Below, piece by piece: positions 1 through 11,570 of a stretch of DNA of 64,000 nucleotides. The position numbers and the translations under genes are program-made. The first letter of the stretch is position 1. Each line of letters starts with the position of its first letter. This DNA comes from the human T2T-CHM13v2.0 reference genome, Homo sapiens. The stretch lies in assembly GCF_009914755.1 (NCBI RefSeq), contig NC_060933.1; one strand, 5' to 3'. The notes under the pieces were generated by a model, which was not told the origin of the DNA, made no database searches, and saw nothing but the letters and a program-made list of their open reading frames with translations.

Positions 1-470
1 GTATATGGCCATGGATGTAGGAATCCTACTCTTGGGTATCTACTCCAGAGAAAGCCACGCACAAGTCTATCAAGAGACATGCATGACATATTTATTCATA
101 AGATACGTGTGGTAGTAAGGAAGTAGATTAATCTAAATGTCTATTACCAAAAGGTTGGGTAAATTAAAAAGAAGAGGGTGATCAATACAAAGCAGAATTA
201 TAGTCAGAAGACAAAAACTAGATGCACTTGGAAGAATAAGGTTAAATGTTAAAAACACAGTATTTATTGAATAAATTAAGAAATAAATAACAAATGTATA
301 ATTTTATTTGTGAAAATTAAAAATGTATATTTATATAAAACAACAAAATATGTGTTAAGCTTGACTGTATATCTAAGAAACATCAAATATGCTAGTCTGG
401 ATGTTTGGAGGAACAAAGGGGAAAAGGGGAGGGAGAGAAAATGAATAGAAGATAAAATACTAAGTAAAAT
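1..470 (+). mobile_element. Old L1M (L1MC/ME-like) 3' fragment
   Basis: Diverged match to the L1 ORF2 C-terminal/3'UTR region (aatcctactcttgggtatctac...aatctaaatgtctatta). Boundaries approximate. Confidence 0.6.
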
Positions 471-671
471 AAAACAAGTATGAGGCCTTGAAAGAATCGG
501 GATAATTACCATGAAACAGAGTAAGATTGACTCAATTATATGCTTCATCTAAGGTTGAAAACAAAAACACAAACAACAAAACAGTTGAATATAAAATTAT
601 GCAGGTAGTATATAAAGATGAAGAATAAAAAGTTCAGACTAAAAACTAGAAAGAGACATATAGATCATATT

Positions 672-706
672 TGTGTGTGTGTGAGTGTGTGTGTGTGTGA
701 GTGTGT
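672..706. repeat. (TG)n microsatellite
   Basis: Interrupted TG run read directly. Confidence 0.95.
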
Positions 707-1689
707 ACATTCACACTTACACATACATTTCCGGTTGGTGCTATATAGGTGTTTTATACTGTTTTTAGAACTTTATTTATTTTGTATATTACCACATTGA
801 AGCTCTTTTCTTACAATCAGAGACAAGGAAAAAAGGAAAGAAAAAGTGCCTAAAGGCATCTATATTTCATTTTGACATTTTCCTTTTTAATGTCATAACA
901 TATAAAAATGTAAAGTGAATTAAAAAGATATCAAGCAAAGAAAAAAGCTGATGAAATTATTAAACCAAATAGTCAAGAAAAGGCAAAGGCCTAACTTGTT
1001 TACATGCATACCTCCTGATTATAAGACCAATACACAGGCAAGCTTGACTGCCTCTTAAAGCTAGTTTTTGCTGCATTATTAACTGTTTCTCTAGCACATA
1101 TCAAATTCAACATTTTACCCAAGCTCATTAGTTGAAAGACTAAATATGGAGCCTTTGGTTCTCTCCTAAAAGGGCCTCATTACTATGACTAAAGTTTAAA
1201 AAGAGTATCATTACTAAGCCTGCAAAAATGGTCATGCCAATAATGAGATGGAAAAATCCAGACATGCGGTGCTTTCTAAAGAAATAATAATTTTTTAAAA
1301 GGGTAATTCCCTGATGTCAAGGCTTGGCCATTTTTAACCTCCACAAGCTATTTAAAAGATCAGACTTTTGATCCTAAATCAAGAAATCCAGTTTAGACCC
1401 TTGCAATTTTGCTGCCTTGGGTCACTAAAACATAGGCTGTAGCTATCCTGGAATTCCAAGAAATTCACAAGTATAGAGCACTTGGTCCTAAGAGATGTTG
1501 GCAGACCTTTGTAAAATAAGGATGAAAGCAACTTCATCCCAATATCTCTTATGGTACCCTTTGGTAGAGACAAAGTCTACCAGGACTGTTCTGGGCTGAA
1601 AACTCTAAAAATTATTTCAAACTGATGGTATTTCCTTTTTCTTAATAATACACGTATCACATTTTTTCTCATCTTTCTGTAACAATTTT

Positions 1690-1850
1690 TCTCCTCTTTC
1701 CCCTCCTTCCTCTCCTCCTCCTCTTTTTTCACCTTTTGCTTCTTCCTTCTCTTCATCTCCCTCATCCTTCTCCTCCTTTTCCTGCTCCTCCTCCCTTTTC
1801 TTCATCTTCTTTTTATGTCTTCTTACTTGTTTTTATTACTTTCTTCTTCA
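1690..1850. repeat. CT-rich low-complexity tract
   Basis: (CCT/CTT)n-like polypyrimidine tract. Explains the E/K-rich minus-strand ORFs. Confidence 0.9.
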
Positions 1851-2644
1851 TCAGAAAACTAGCTTCTAACTGACTCAAATATGTTTCAGGAAGTAGTGCT
1901 GGTTTTCAACAAAAGAGTTATTATGATGTCACCATTTTCATTATGTTAACAGACATATATTGAATATCAACTATGGCCAATAACTAGGCATACCATTTTC
2001 ATAGACATAGCTACATCCTCAGATGCATTCTGTCCCCAAGATCCTAATTTTATAAGTGGAAAAACCAATTTGCATTGTGTATTTCACATGGGGTAGATTC
2101 TATGTTAAATTCTTTATTTAAATCATTTTATAAAATATTAAGAACACCCTACGTATTATATCTAGTTAGACAATGATACAGATGAAAGAATTGCACTTCA
2201 AGAATATACTACATTTCACAGTTCACAGAGTTAGAAAAAGATATATGTATATCAACTGAATCCAGATTCGTCTCATGCCAAAACGAGTACTCTTTCTACT
2301 AGTAATTGCATTGCCCCCAAGAGATTGAAGGGAGATAAATAAAGTGGCAGAACTAGGTTTAAGACCAACTTATATCAAGTATAAATGACTTTCTACTTTA
2401 GTGCATTGATAGTTCTCTATAATCTTATTTCAGCTTAACATGGAATCATATATTATTTTTGACATCCAGACTTTGAAATTTGTTCTATTTGTTTCTTCAG
2501 CTGGGCAATGTAGGAAGGCATGTTATAGTAGATAAATACCTTCCAAGAATATATACTTTGTGAAAAAAAATATTGTCAACATTAATATGAACTCATTATA
2601 AAATGATGGCTGGCAATTTTTGTCCCAGTGGCATATGGAGGACA

Positions 2645-3170
2645 ATTCAGTTCAATTCAAGAAACATTTATTGGTTGGGTGCAGTGGTTCACACCTGTAA
2701 TTCAAGCAGTTTGGGAAGCCAAGGCAGAAAGATTGCTTGAGCCCAGGATTTCAAGATCAGCCTGGGTAACTTTCCCAGACCCTGTGAGCTGTGTTAATGT
2801 CACTGCACTCCAGCCTGGGTTACAGAGAGAGACCCTGTCTTAAAAAAGATTATGGAGCATCTGTTATGTGAAAGGCACCATGAGTCTTTCAGGATACAAA
2901 AATAAATAAATACATAAAACTATCTCTGATCTCAAAAAAAATGCACTAAAACAGAATCACAATTAAATGTACCCATGCTGAGTTAAAGTTAAGCCCCGGG
3001 AGCTTTGCCAGCAAAGTAGAAGGGAGCCTAAATGTGCAAGGTGAGAATGAAGAGATGGCAAGGGTGATTATCTAGGGAAGACGGTTGATGTTGAAACATC
3101 AATAACAAGAAAAAGTCAACTGGATGGAGAAGAGAACAGAAAGCTCTCAGAGGAAGTACTGTGAGCAGAG
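2645..3170 (-). mobile_element. L2 3' fragment interrupted by an Alu
   Basis: Antisense L2 tail ttcaattcaagaaacatttatt resumes after the Alu as gagcatctgttatgtgaaaggcac. Confidence 0.7.
2673..2847 (+). mobile_element. AluJ-like element with internal deletion
   Basis: Left arm to ...cagaccct is joined at ~2784 to the right-arm end gtgagc...cactgcactccagcctggg...taaaaaa. Confidence 0.85.
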
Positions 3171-3756
3171 GCCTAGGGGCGAGAAACACGTGGAGAATTT
3201 AGAGGATGGTGATTAGATTGGTTCATCTTGAGCTTAGAGGTCTTGTGGAAGACTAGTGTGAAATGATAAGTGGAGGTTTTTCCTGTAAGGCCCTTTAAGT
3301 GAGACTGAGGGACACGGGATGAATTATCTGGACTGAGGATGGGGTCATTGTGAATTGGGATCGCTATTGGGAGCCATGAATCAACAGTGTTCTCCTTTCT
3401 GTATTGTACATAAGAGAAATCTGCATCCCAGAGAGAGAAAGTGACTTTCTCCAAGTCTCACATCTAGTCAATTGGCAGAGCCATTTATTCAGCCATTCAA
3501 TAAATATAATAGTTATTAAGTGCTGACGATGATAAGGATACTGCAAGACCCACAGTGTTCTACCTTCTAGATTTAGCTACCATTGAGCATTTAAAAATAA
3601 CTACCATGTATTGAGCTTTTACAATGTCCCAGAAATAGTAATGAGCTGTTTAAGTGAATTATCTTAATTTTAATAGAATTATCTTAATACATAATAGAAT
3701 TCTTTAATAGAATTATCCTAATTTTAATATGAAAATTATCTCACATTCCCTACTTA

Positions 3757-3870
3757 CCACTAGATTCTAAACTTGTAAGAATGGGCAACCTGTCTTATCT
3801 CATTTCACTGATGTATTTTCAGAGCCTAGAACTGTTCCTGGCATGTAGTAAGAGCTCAATAAATATTTCC
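3757..3870 (+). mobile_element. L2 3' end
   Basis: gcctagaactgttcctggcatgtagtaagagctcaataaatattt is the L2 terminus. Confidence 0.8.
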
Positions 3871-5391
3871 ATTAAAAAGGCCTCTATTAATTGGCCACTT
3901 TTGTTAAACCCATTTTTTCATTAAGATTAAATAATCCTTCTGACTCTCAGGCCAGGGTTCTTGGCTCTGAGCAAATCTTTCCTCTCCTCAGCACCCATCC
4001 CATCTCTCTTCACTCTCTGGGAAGCCAGATAAACAACTGCAAATATAATCTCATTTTCAAAGAGCTTGATCTTTCCTCCCAAGGCCCTGACATAATCCCC
4101 CAGATGTGCAGGAAGGCAAATATGCTTCCCAGAAGCCTCTTCTAAGCAGGAGGCAATAGTTCCATGGTATGGCTTGCAGGTGGTACCCATTCTAACATCA
4201 GGGAGACAGAACTTGGAGGGAAGGTTTCAGCTTGGGACAGGATGGGAGAGCCCTGTGGGGGAAGATTCCCAGGGAACTGTGGAAAAAAACACTGCAGATG
4301 AATCTGAGGGTGGTTACAAGGACCCACCTCCAGAGGCTGCGGAACTGATGTAGAGACAGAGATGTCATCAACCCTTCCAGAGTGAATGCTGTGTGACTGT
4401 AACTTTGTGCACATGCTACTCTTTAAGCCCTCTGTAAGATTCATCTGTGACCCATGGCTGCTTACAGAATTCCAACCCACAATTGGTACCACTTGATCTC
4501 CCCAACTCCACCCCTTACTGCATCCCACATATGCCCAGCCCACCCTCACAATCCTCTCCACCAATCCTTTGACTTTTCTTTGAATAGTATGTTTAAAATA
4601 CTAAAAATGCATTTGGAATCTATGTAGTTATATGATCTCAAAGTTGGAAAGAAGCTAAAAGGTCGCTGAGCCCAATGTCCCATTTAGTGCAGAAAAAAAG
4701 CCCTTTGAAGTGGCTTAAATCCTGGATGGTTAAAATGATGTGAACAAAATCAATGTTTATTAAGGAAATGTTTAGTTTTTTCTGATACATGGAATAAGTA
4801 CACCTCAGAGCCAAGATGGAAAAAGAGGGAATCTTTGGTAAACAAAGATTGACTGAAACAGCAAGGTTTTTTTTAATTTAACTGTGCATTAAGCTGGTCA
4901 TTGAGTGAAAAATTTACAAAGCAATGCACAAGACTTCATAAGTAAATGGAATACTTTATATCATTATAATTATAATGTTCCTTGACCTCTTTCAACACAC
5001 ACAAAAAAAACCCACAGAAGTTCATTAAAGTGGCTAAAATATACAGGACTAAAGACAATTAGAATTTATTGAATTATCAATAGAACACATTAGATATTTA
5101 ATTTTATCAAGCTGTTAGATGTAAAGTGGTCTGTCACTGTTGTTACGTTTGTTTCTGTTTTGGATTGTTCATTTTTACTTTTCCCTTATTACTGATGAGG
5201 TAAATCATATTTTTATATTTTTAGGCCATTATAAGCCATTATGTTTTCTCTTCTGTCAATTGGCTATATATAACCTTGGCTCATTTAAATTGACATTTTT
5301 ATTGATTTTTAAGGTTCTTCATATATTATGGGTACCAACCTTTTATCTATCTATGAAATACTTTACAATAAAAGATTTTTAAAAGACTTAC

Positions 5392-5663
5392 CTGTAACAA
5401 TCTCATTATTTATTTTGCCCAAGAGACGTATTCATTGTTACTATTTTCTTTTTTGTCATTGAAGAAGATGATGATGAGCAATAAGTAGCAAGTTCATTAC
5501 ATAGGTCACATCCCTGCAATCTAGATTCATGGATGGATGAGTCTGCATACACCCACTTTTTTCACTGAAGGAAGAGCCCCAGTTGCTGGTTCTAGAGATC
5601 TCCTTCATCTTATCATCTTTCTTTGAGGAGTACAGGTTGCTTGTGAATCCACTAACACAGAGC
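5392..5663 (-). ncRNA. Candidate 272-nt exon of a minus-strand spliced transcript (lncRNA-like; tentatively CCDC26, unverified)
   Basis: Unique sequence bounded by a polypyrimidine acceptor ttttatttctcctactcctcttcccaaag| and a perfect donor CAG|GTAAGT. Contains the 68-codon frame LCVSGFTSNL...IAHHHLLQ ending at TGA 5456-5458. The gene name comes from uncertain memory only. Confidence 0.55.
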
Positions 5664-5721
5664 CTTTGGGAAGAGGAGTAGGAGAAATAAAACCAGAGAC
5701 TAATTAAATTCAGCATATCTT

Positions 5722-7781
5722 TGTTTTTTGTCTGTTTTTTTTTTTAAATATAATTTTGTCTTATTTTTTGTTGAAGTGCAATCAATAAATATTGTTCAGT
5801 ATATATTTAAGGTGCACAATGTGATAATTAGATAAATGTGTACATTGTGAAATGATCATCAACATCAAGCTAATTTATACATCTGTCACCTTCTTTCATG
5901 TGTGCGTGTGGTGAGGATACATAAGATCTACTGCCTTAGCACAATTCAAGTATACAGTACAGCCTTGTTAACTACAGTCACCAACATTATTACGCTGTGT
6001 TTGAGATCCCCAGAAGTTATTCATCTTAAAGCTGAAAGTGTGTACATTTTGAACATCTCCCTATTTCTCCCACCTCCTACCCTTTGGCAATCACCTTTCT
6101 ACTCTGCTTCTGTGAGTTTGACATTTTTACATTCCACATGTAAGTGAGACCATGCAGAATTTGTCCCTCCGTATCTGGTTTATTTCACTTAGCCTAATAT
6201 TCTTCACGTTCATCCCTGCTGTCGCAAGGCAGGGTTTCCTTCTTTTTTTCTGGCTGAATATATTTCATCGTGTATATATGCCACACTTCTTTTATCCATT
6301 CATCCATTGACAGACACTTTGGGCGTTTCCATATCTTGGCTATTGTGAATAATACTGCAATTAATGTGGGTGTGCAGATATTTCTTTGGCATCTTAAGTG
6401 CATTTCCTTTGCAATGGAATTAATAGCCATAAGTGGGATTTATGGAGCATTTTTTTAGTGGTTTTACTATTCATTTTTTGAGGAACCTCCAAACTGTTCA
6501 CCTTAATGGCCATGCCAATTACACTCTTACTAATAGTGTAAGGGTTCCCTTTTCTTCATACCCCCACTAACACTTGCTATCTCTTGTCTTTTCAATAATA
6601 GCCATCCTAACAGGTATGAGGTAATATCCCAATGTGATTTTTATTTGCAATTCCCTGATGATTAGTGCTGTTGAGCACTTTTTAACATACCCATTGGTCA
6701 CTCATATGTCTATTTGTGAGAAATATCTATGCAAATCTTTTGCCTATTTTTAATTGGCTTGTATGTTGTTATTTTGTTTTGTTTTCTTCTTAGAGTTTTG
6801 CTAAGTTGTATGAATTTTGAATATATTTTTGATATTAATTCCTTATCAAATGTGTAGTTTGCAAATATTTTCTCCCATTCTGTGGATTGTCTTTTCATTT
6901 TGTTGATTGTTTTATTTGCTGTGCAGAAACTTTTTAGTTTAATATAGTCCCATTTGTTTGTTTTTGGTGTCTGTGATTTTTTGTGTCATATTTTAAAAAA
7001 TCATTGCCAAGACCAAAGAGATTTTTCCCTAAGTCAAAGAGCTTTTCCCTTATGTCTTTGTGTAGACATTTTATAATTTCAGGTCTTACATTCTTTAATT
7101 CATTTCTAGCTACGTTTTGCCTGTGATATAAGATAAGAGTTCAGTTCTATTCTTTTACTTGTGGATATCCAGTTTCCCAACACCATTTATTTAAATACTG
7201 TACTTTCATCATTGTGTATTATTGGAGTTTTTGTCAAAGATATGACCTTATAGGCATGGGTTTATTTCTGGGTCCTGTATGCTGTACCATTGGTCCATAT
7301 GTCTGTTTTTTTAATGCCAATGCCATATTTTTGCAATTACTATAGGTTTGTAATATAGTTTGAAATCACAATGTATGATTCCACCAGCTTTGTTCTTGCT
7401 CAAGATTGTTTGGTCTATTCAGGGTCTTTTGTGGTTTCAGGTGAAGTTTAGGACTGTTTTATCTATTTTCATGAAAAAAAAAAAGCCATTAAAATTTTTA
7501 TATGGATTGCATTGAATCTGCAGCTCGCTTTGGGTAGTATAGATATTTTAACAATATTACTTATTCCAGTCCATGCACATAAACATCTTTCCATTTAGTT
7601 GTATCTTTTTCAACTTCTTTAATCAATATCTTATAGTATTCACTGAACACATCTTTCATTTCCTTGGTTAAAATTTTTCCAAAGTCTTTTATTTTATTTT
7701 TTGATGCTATTGGTAAATGACAATATTTTCTTAATTTTTTTCAAATAGTTTAATGGTATATATAAATGCAACTGATTTTTG
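5722..7781 (-). mobile_element. L1MA (MA9/10-like) 5'-truncated, ~2 kb, with TSD
   Basis: T-rich tail on the left, L1MA 3'UTR, ORF2 remnants (ORFs 6194-6430 and 6710-6898). TSD tcagcat(a/c)tctt at 5710-5721 and 7782-7793. Confidence 0.9.
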
Positions 7782-9253
7782 TCAGCATCTCTTAATGAGG
7801 ACACTGAGGAAGGGACAGAAGAACTGATATATAAGCAATAACTGCAATAAGAACACAAATTTTCTAGACAAATTGAGATTTATAATTTGCAAAGCACTTC
7901 ATATTATTAGATCTTATCTCATTGGATCTTCCTAGAAATAGCCTTAGTATTTTCTCTGTTTCACAAAGAGGGAAATCAAGGTTTGGAAGAGTGTCTAACT
8001 AAGTTCATACAGCTAACAATTAGCAAGGCAGGGGTTCAAAATTATTATCTTCTAGTCCTAGATCCTTTTGTCTGTTATTTGAGGGCAGATATATTTTAAT
8101 GAATTGGCATATAAGCTGCCTATGCTAGAGCTTCAATTCACTAACGGAACCACAAAATACATTTTATAGTGTAAATTGCTTGTCCTGTTAAAATTGCATT
8201 TACTTTCCCAACTTTTAAAAAGTGAAAGGATGAACACAAAAGCCAGTAAATTAAAAGTAAAATTCTCTGCAAGCTGACCTGATACATGAGAGTCCAGATG
8301 TTCATCAACTACTATTAAAGGCCATTTACACAAGAATTTCTTTGCTCCACACAAGCAACCACATGAATTATCATTGTAATAACAATAATAATAATAATAA
8401 TAACACTTGCTTTATTCATTCTTCACTAATGAGCCCTGGTACAGAAGCCAAACAGAACATTTTACTTCCCTCAGGTACACATTTTGATATATGTATTTTG
8501 TTTTCTTAAGAGTTGTCATGAGTCCTTTAAATTGTCTGAAAGAGACTTCTAGGATAATGACAGCCAATACAGGCTAAATTTTGCATTGTTACATTCTCAC
8601 AAACTGTCACCAAATGCCTGGCTCTGTGAGGCCTTTGTTGATCTTGGGGTCCACTCATAATGCTGCCCTTCAGAACCTGAATAAATTCAGATGCTCAGCC
8701 ACAGCTTCCAGAATCCATTTCTCTCAAGTCCCATGGTCCCATGGTAAATATCTTTTTTTTTTAATGTCCCCTTTTCATTTTATTTTTGCTTATTGAAATA
8801 CCATGTTAAGATTTGGCTCAAATAAAAACTTAAAGCCTTTTTCCAATACTGTTCCTTCCCTTTTGCATGTGCAAATGTCACTCTGTAACTCATTGCCATC
8901 AGCACACTATACCAGCTGCTTGGGAATGCTTTACCTGCCCTATGAGCCTGGAAGTTGCTTGAGGGAAGGGACTGATAGATCAGAGACAGCCTTTTGTAAG
9001 CCTAGACTATGTTCATGTTAATGCTCTTGCTCTCTGTTAAGGGCCAGAGTCATATATGCTGCAGAGGATGTGCTGTGTTTTCCTGCACGTGGGTGCTGGG
9101 GCGGGGGGATGCAGCTTCTGTTGAGGCTCTGAGTGGCAAGCGATGACCATAAAGGCATTTTACCACACCCTTCTCATCACCTCAGCAATCGGAAACACTG
9201 ATCCCAAAGGAAAGACAATCATAGAGCACTCAGGGCAAAGAGACAGAGTGCTC

Positions 9254-10630
9254 ACTCATTCAACAAATATCTGTTGGGCATCTTCCATGTGCCAGATACT
9301 GTCTCAGGGGCTGGGGATAGGAGGCTAGAGGAGGGCACAAGACTCATGGTGCTTATAACGAGAGGATAGATATAGACAATCCATCAAATAAATAAGTGAA
9401 ACGAGACACATGTTTAATGGGAGAAATCATATACAAAAAAAATTAAATAAGATGACTATAGTTAACATTAATTTGATTGTACCATTCAAACTAGCTAGAA
9501 GAGAATAAGTTGAATGTTTCTAGCATAATGAAAAGCTAAATATTTAAGGTGTTGGCTATCCTAATTACCCTGATTAGGATTATATGAAGGTATGAAATTA
9601 TTACATGTACTCCCAAAATATGTACATCAAATATGTATCAATATAAATAAATAATAAAGCAGAAAAAGGAGACAAGAGTTCAGTGGGAATATTATATAAG
9701 GTGGTCAGAAGGGGCTTTCTTGAGAAGATGTCTTTGGAGCAATGACCTGAAGAGGTGATGAAGTGATCCAGGCACCTATTTATGGTACCTTACCTCTAGT
9801 CAGAGGAATGGCGAGTGCAGAGGCCCAAGGAGAGAGCAAGCGTAGCATGTTGGAGGAGGGACAAAGAGTCTAAGATAGTTGATGTGGAAACAGAAAGGAA
9901 AAGGTTATTGACATCATGGAGAGGCAGATTGGAGAGGGATTTGTAGGCCATTTTAAGGACAGACTTCCAGTCTGAGCAAGTTGCAAAATTTAAGAGAGTT
10001 TTAAGCTAAGGAGAGCTGTTATCTGATTTATGTTCTAAAAAAGCTGCTCAGTCTTCTGCCTTGAAACTAGGGGAATGGGGTAGCAGCAAAGATATTATTA
10101 GTTAGGAGGCTTCTGCACTAATCTAGCAAAATACGATGGCATCTTGCTGTGGAAGGGGGATAAATGGATTGATTCTGTATTCATTAACGGATTGGAGATG
10201 GTAGGGGGATGTTGAACAAAAGAGGTCAAAGGTTACTCTAGCAACTGCAGGTTAGAACGGGCACTTCATGAGGTGGGGAAAACTACTAGAGAGCAAGTTT
10301 GTTTATTTGCTGTATATGTGGAAGATAAAAGGTTGGGTTGTAGTCATGTTAAGTTTGGGATGCTGATTAGACATACACAAAGAAATACTGATCAGGCAGT
10401 TCATTTAATAAACAAATCTGAAAGTCCAAGAAACAAGTCTGGGCTAAAAAATAAAACATTTTATATTTATCTGCAATAAGAATGCTTTTTCACCCAAAAA
10501 TATTAAGCCTAGATAAGAAAGTGTCCAAAGACGAAGACCTGGGCATTTCAATATTAAGAATTCCAAAGAAAACTAAGGTGTGAGCAGAAAGAACAAGAAA
10601 AACAAGGAGAGTTTGATGTTGTAGAAATAA
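9254..10630 (-). mobile_element. L2 (long fragment), interrupted by an L1MA 3' end
   Basis: Starts with the antisense L2 tail actcattcaacaaatatctgttgggcatc, followed by purine-rich L2 body. Confidence 0.8.
9445..9657 (+). mobile_element. L1MA 3'UTR fragment
   Basis: gatgactatagttaaca...ctagaagagaa...taattaccctgatt...aatatgtaca followed by an A-rich tail. Confidence 0.8.
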
Positions 10631-11547
10631 GCAAACATAATATTTTAAGGGAAAGCCATTATAAGGTGGTTATAGCTTCTCAAGAAAACATAGTTGGTTG
10701 TTTGGTCCTTTAAGGCTGCTGCATCTCAAAACAGCGTGACAAAGGTAGGATAGAAAAATGGAAAAAGAAATGTGTCTATCAACGTCCTTCTCGTGTTCCT
10801 GTTTTCCATTGACAAAAGTCTTCCTGGTGGGTAGATTCCTGGTTTGACTCTACCAAGTATCATCCAGGTGAATGTGAAAAGGATTTTACCACCCAGCCTG
10901 TGTATGCGGCCAGAGGCTCCATGGATCCCATCAAGACTGGAGATTCTCGGGCTCTAACTGCAGTGGTCCTGATGGAGGCCATGACCAAAACTAGTCCCTC
11001 ACCCAGGAAAAGGTGAAAGCTGGGCTTTGTAACCGTCAGGATAGTTTGAACCACCTGTGGTGCTATTCTGGATAGCAAACAAGGCAAGTGGATGAGCTTC
11101 AGGAAGCATGTAACACCAAGTAGATGTGGAATGTGTTTAAACTTGGTCAGTTTCCTCTGTGAAGGGAGGAGAAGTCATTCGCTGCATTGCTGTTTTCTTT
11201 CTCAATTCCACCAAAACAAACTCTTACTTGTCTTTCTTGCTTAGTCATATATCGTGTCTTTCATAAAGCGTTTCTAAACAATTTCAGCCTTTCTTCCTCT
11301 TTTCTATCTCAGTGCCCGAACTGATCAATCAAGGATTTTATTTTCAATTTTAAAATTCTGGGAATCCAGGTTTGATTCTACCAACTATCAGCCAAGTGAA
11401 TCTGAGTAGACCATTCTTCCTTTCTTTACATCATATCAATTTAGTACTTTGTGTAAGCTAGAGGAAATTATATTTGCTTGCAGTATCACCTAAGAAGATC
11501 ATTAGGTTACCACAGGTGATAATACTTGATAAACCATAACATTGTGT

Positions 11548-11570
11548 CCATCATCATCATCATCATCATG
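11548..11570. repeat. (CAT)n microsatellite
   Basis: About 7 CAT units. Confidence 0.9.

Noticed and set aside
1577-1805. E/K-rich ORFs on the minus strand
   Set aside because: Translations of a CT-rich low-complexity tract.
4142-4564. 140-aa minus-strand ORF
   Set aside because: Non-ATG start, no recognisable domain and no clear splice boundaries.
10860-11087. GC-richer stretch resembling a coding exon or retrocopy
   Set aside because: No recognisable protein in either orientation, and no polyA/TSD or convincing splice pair.
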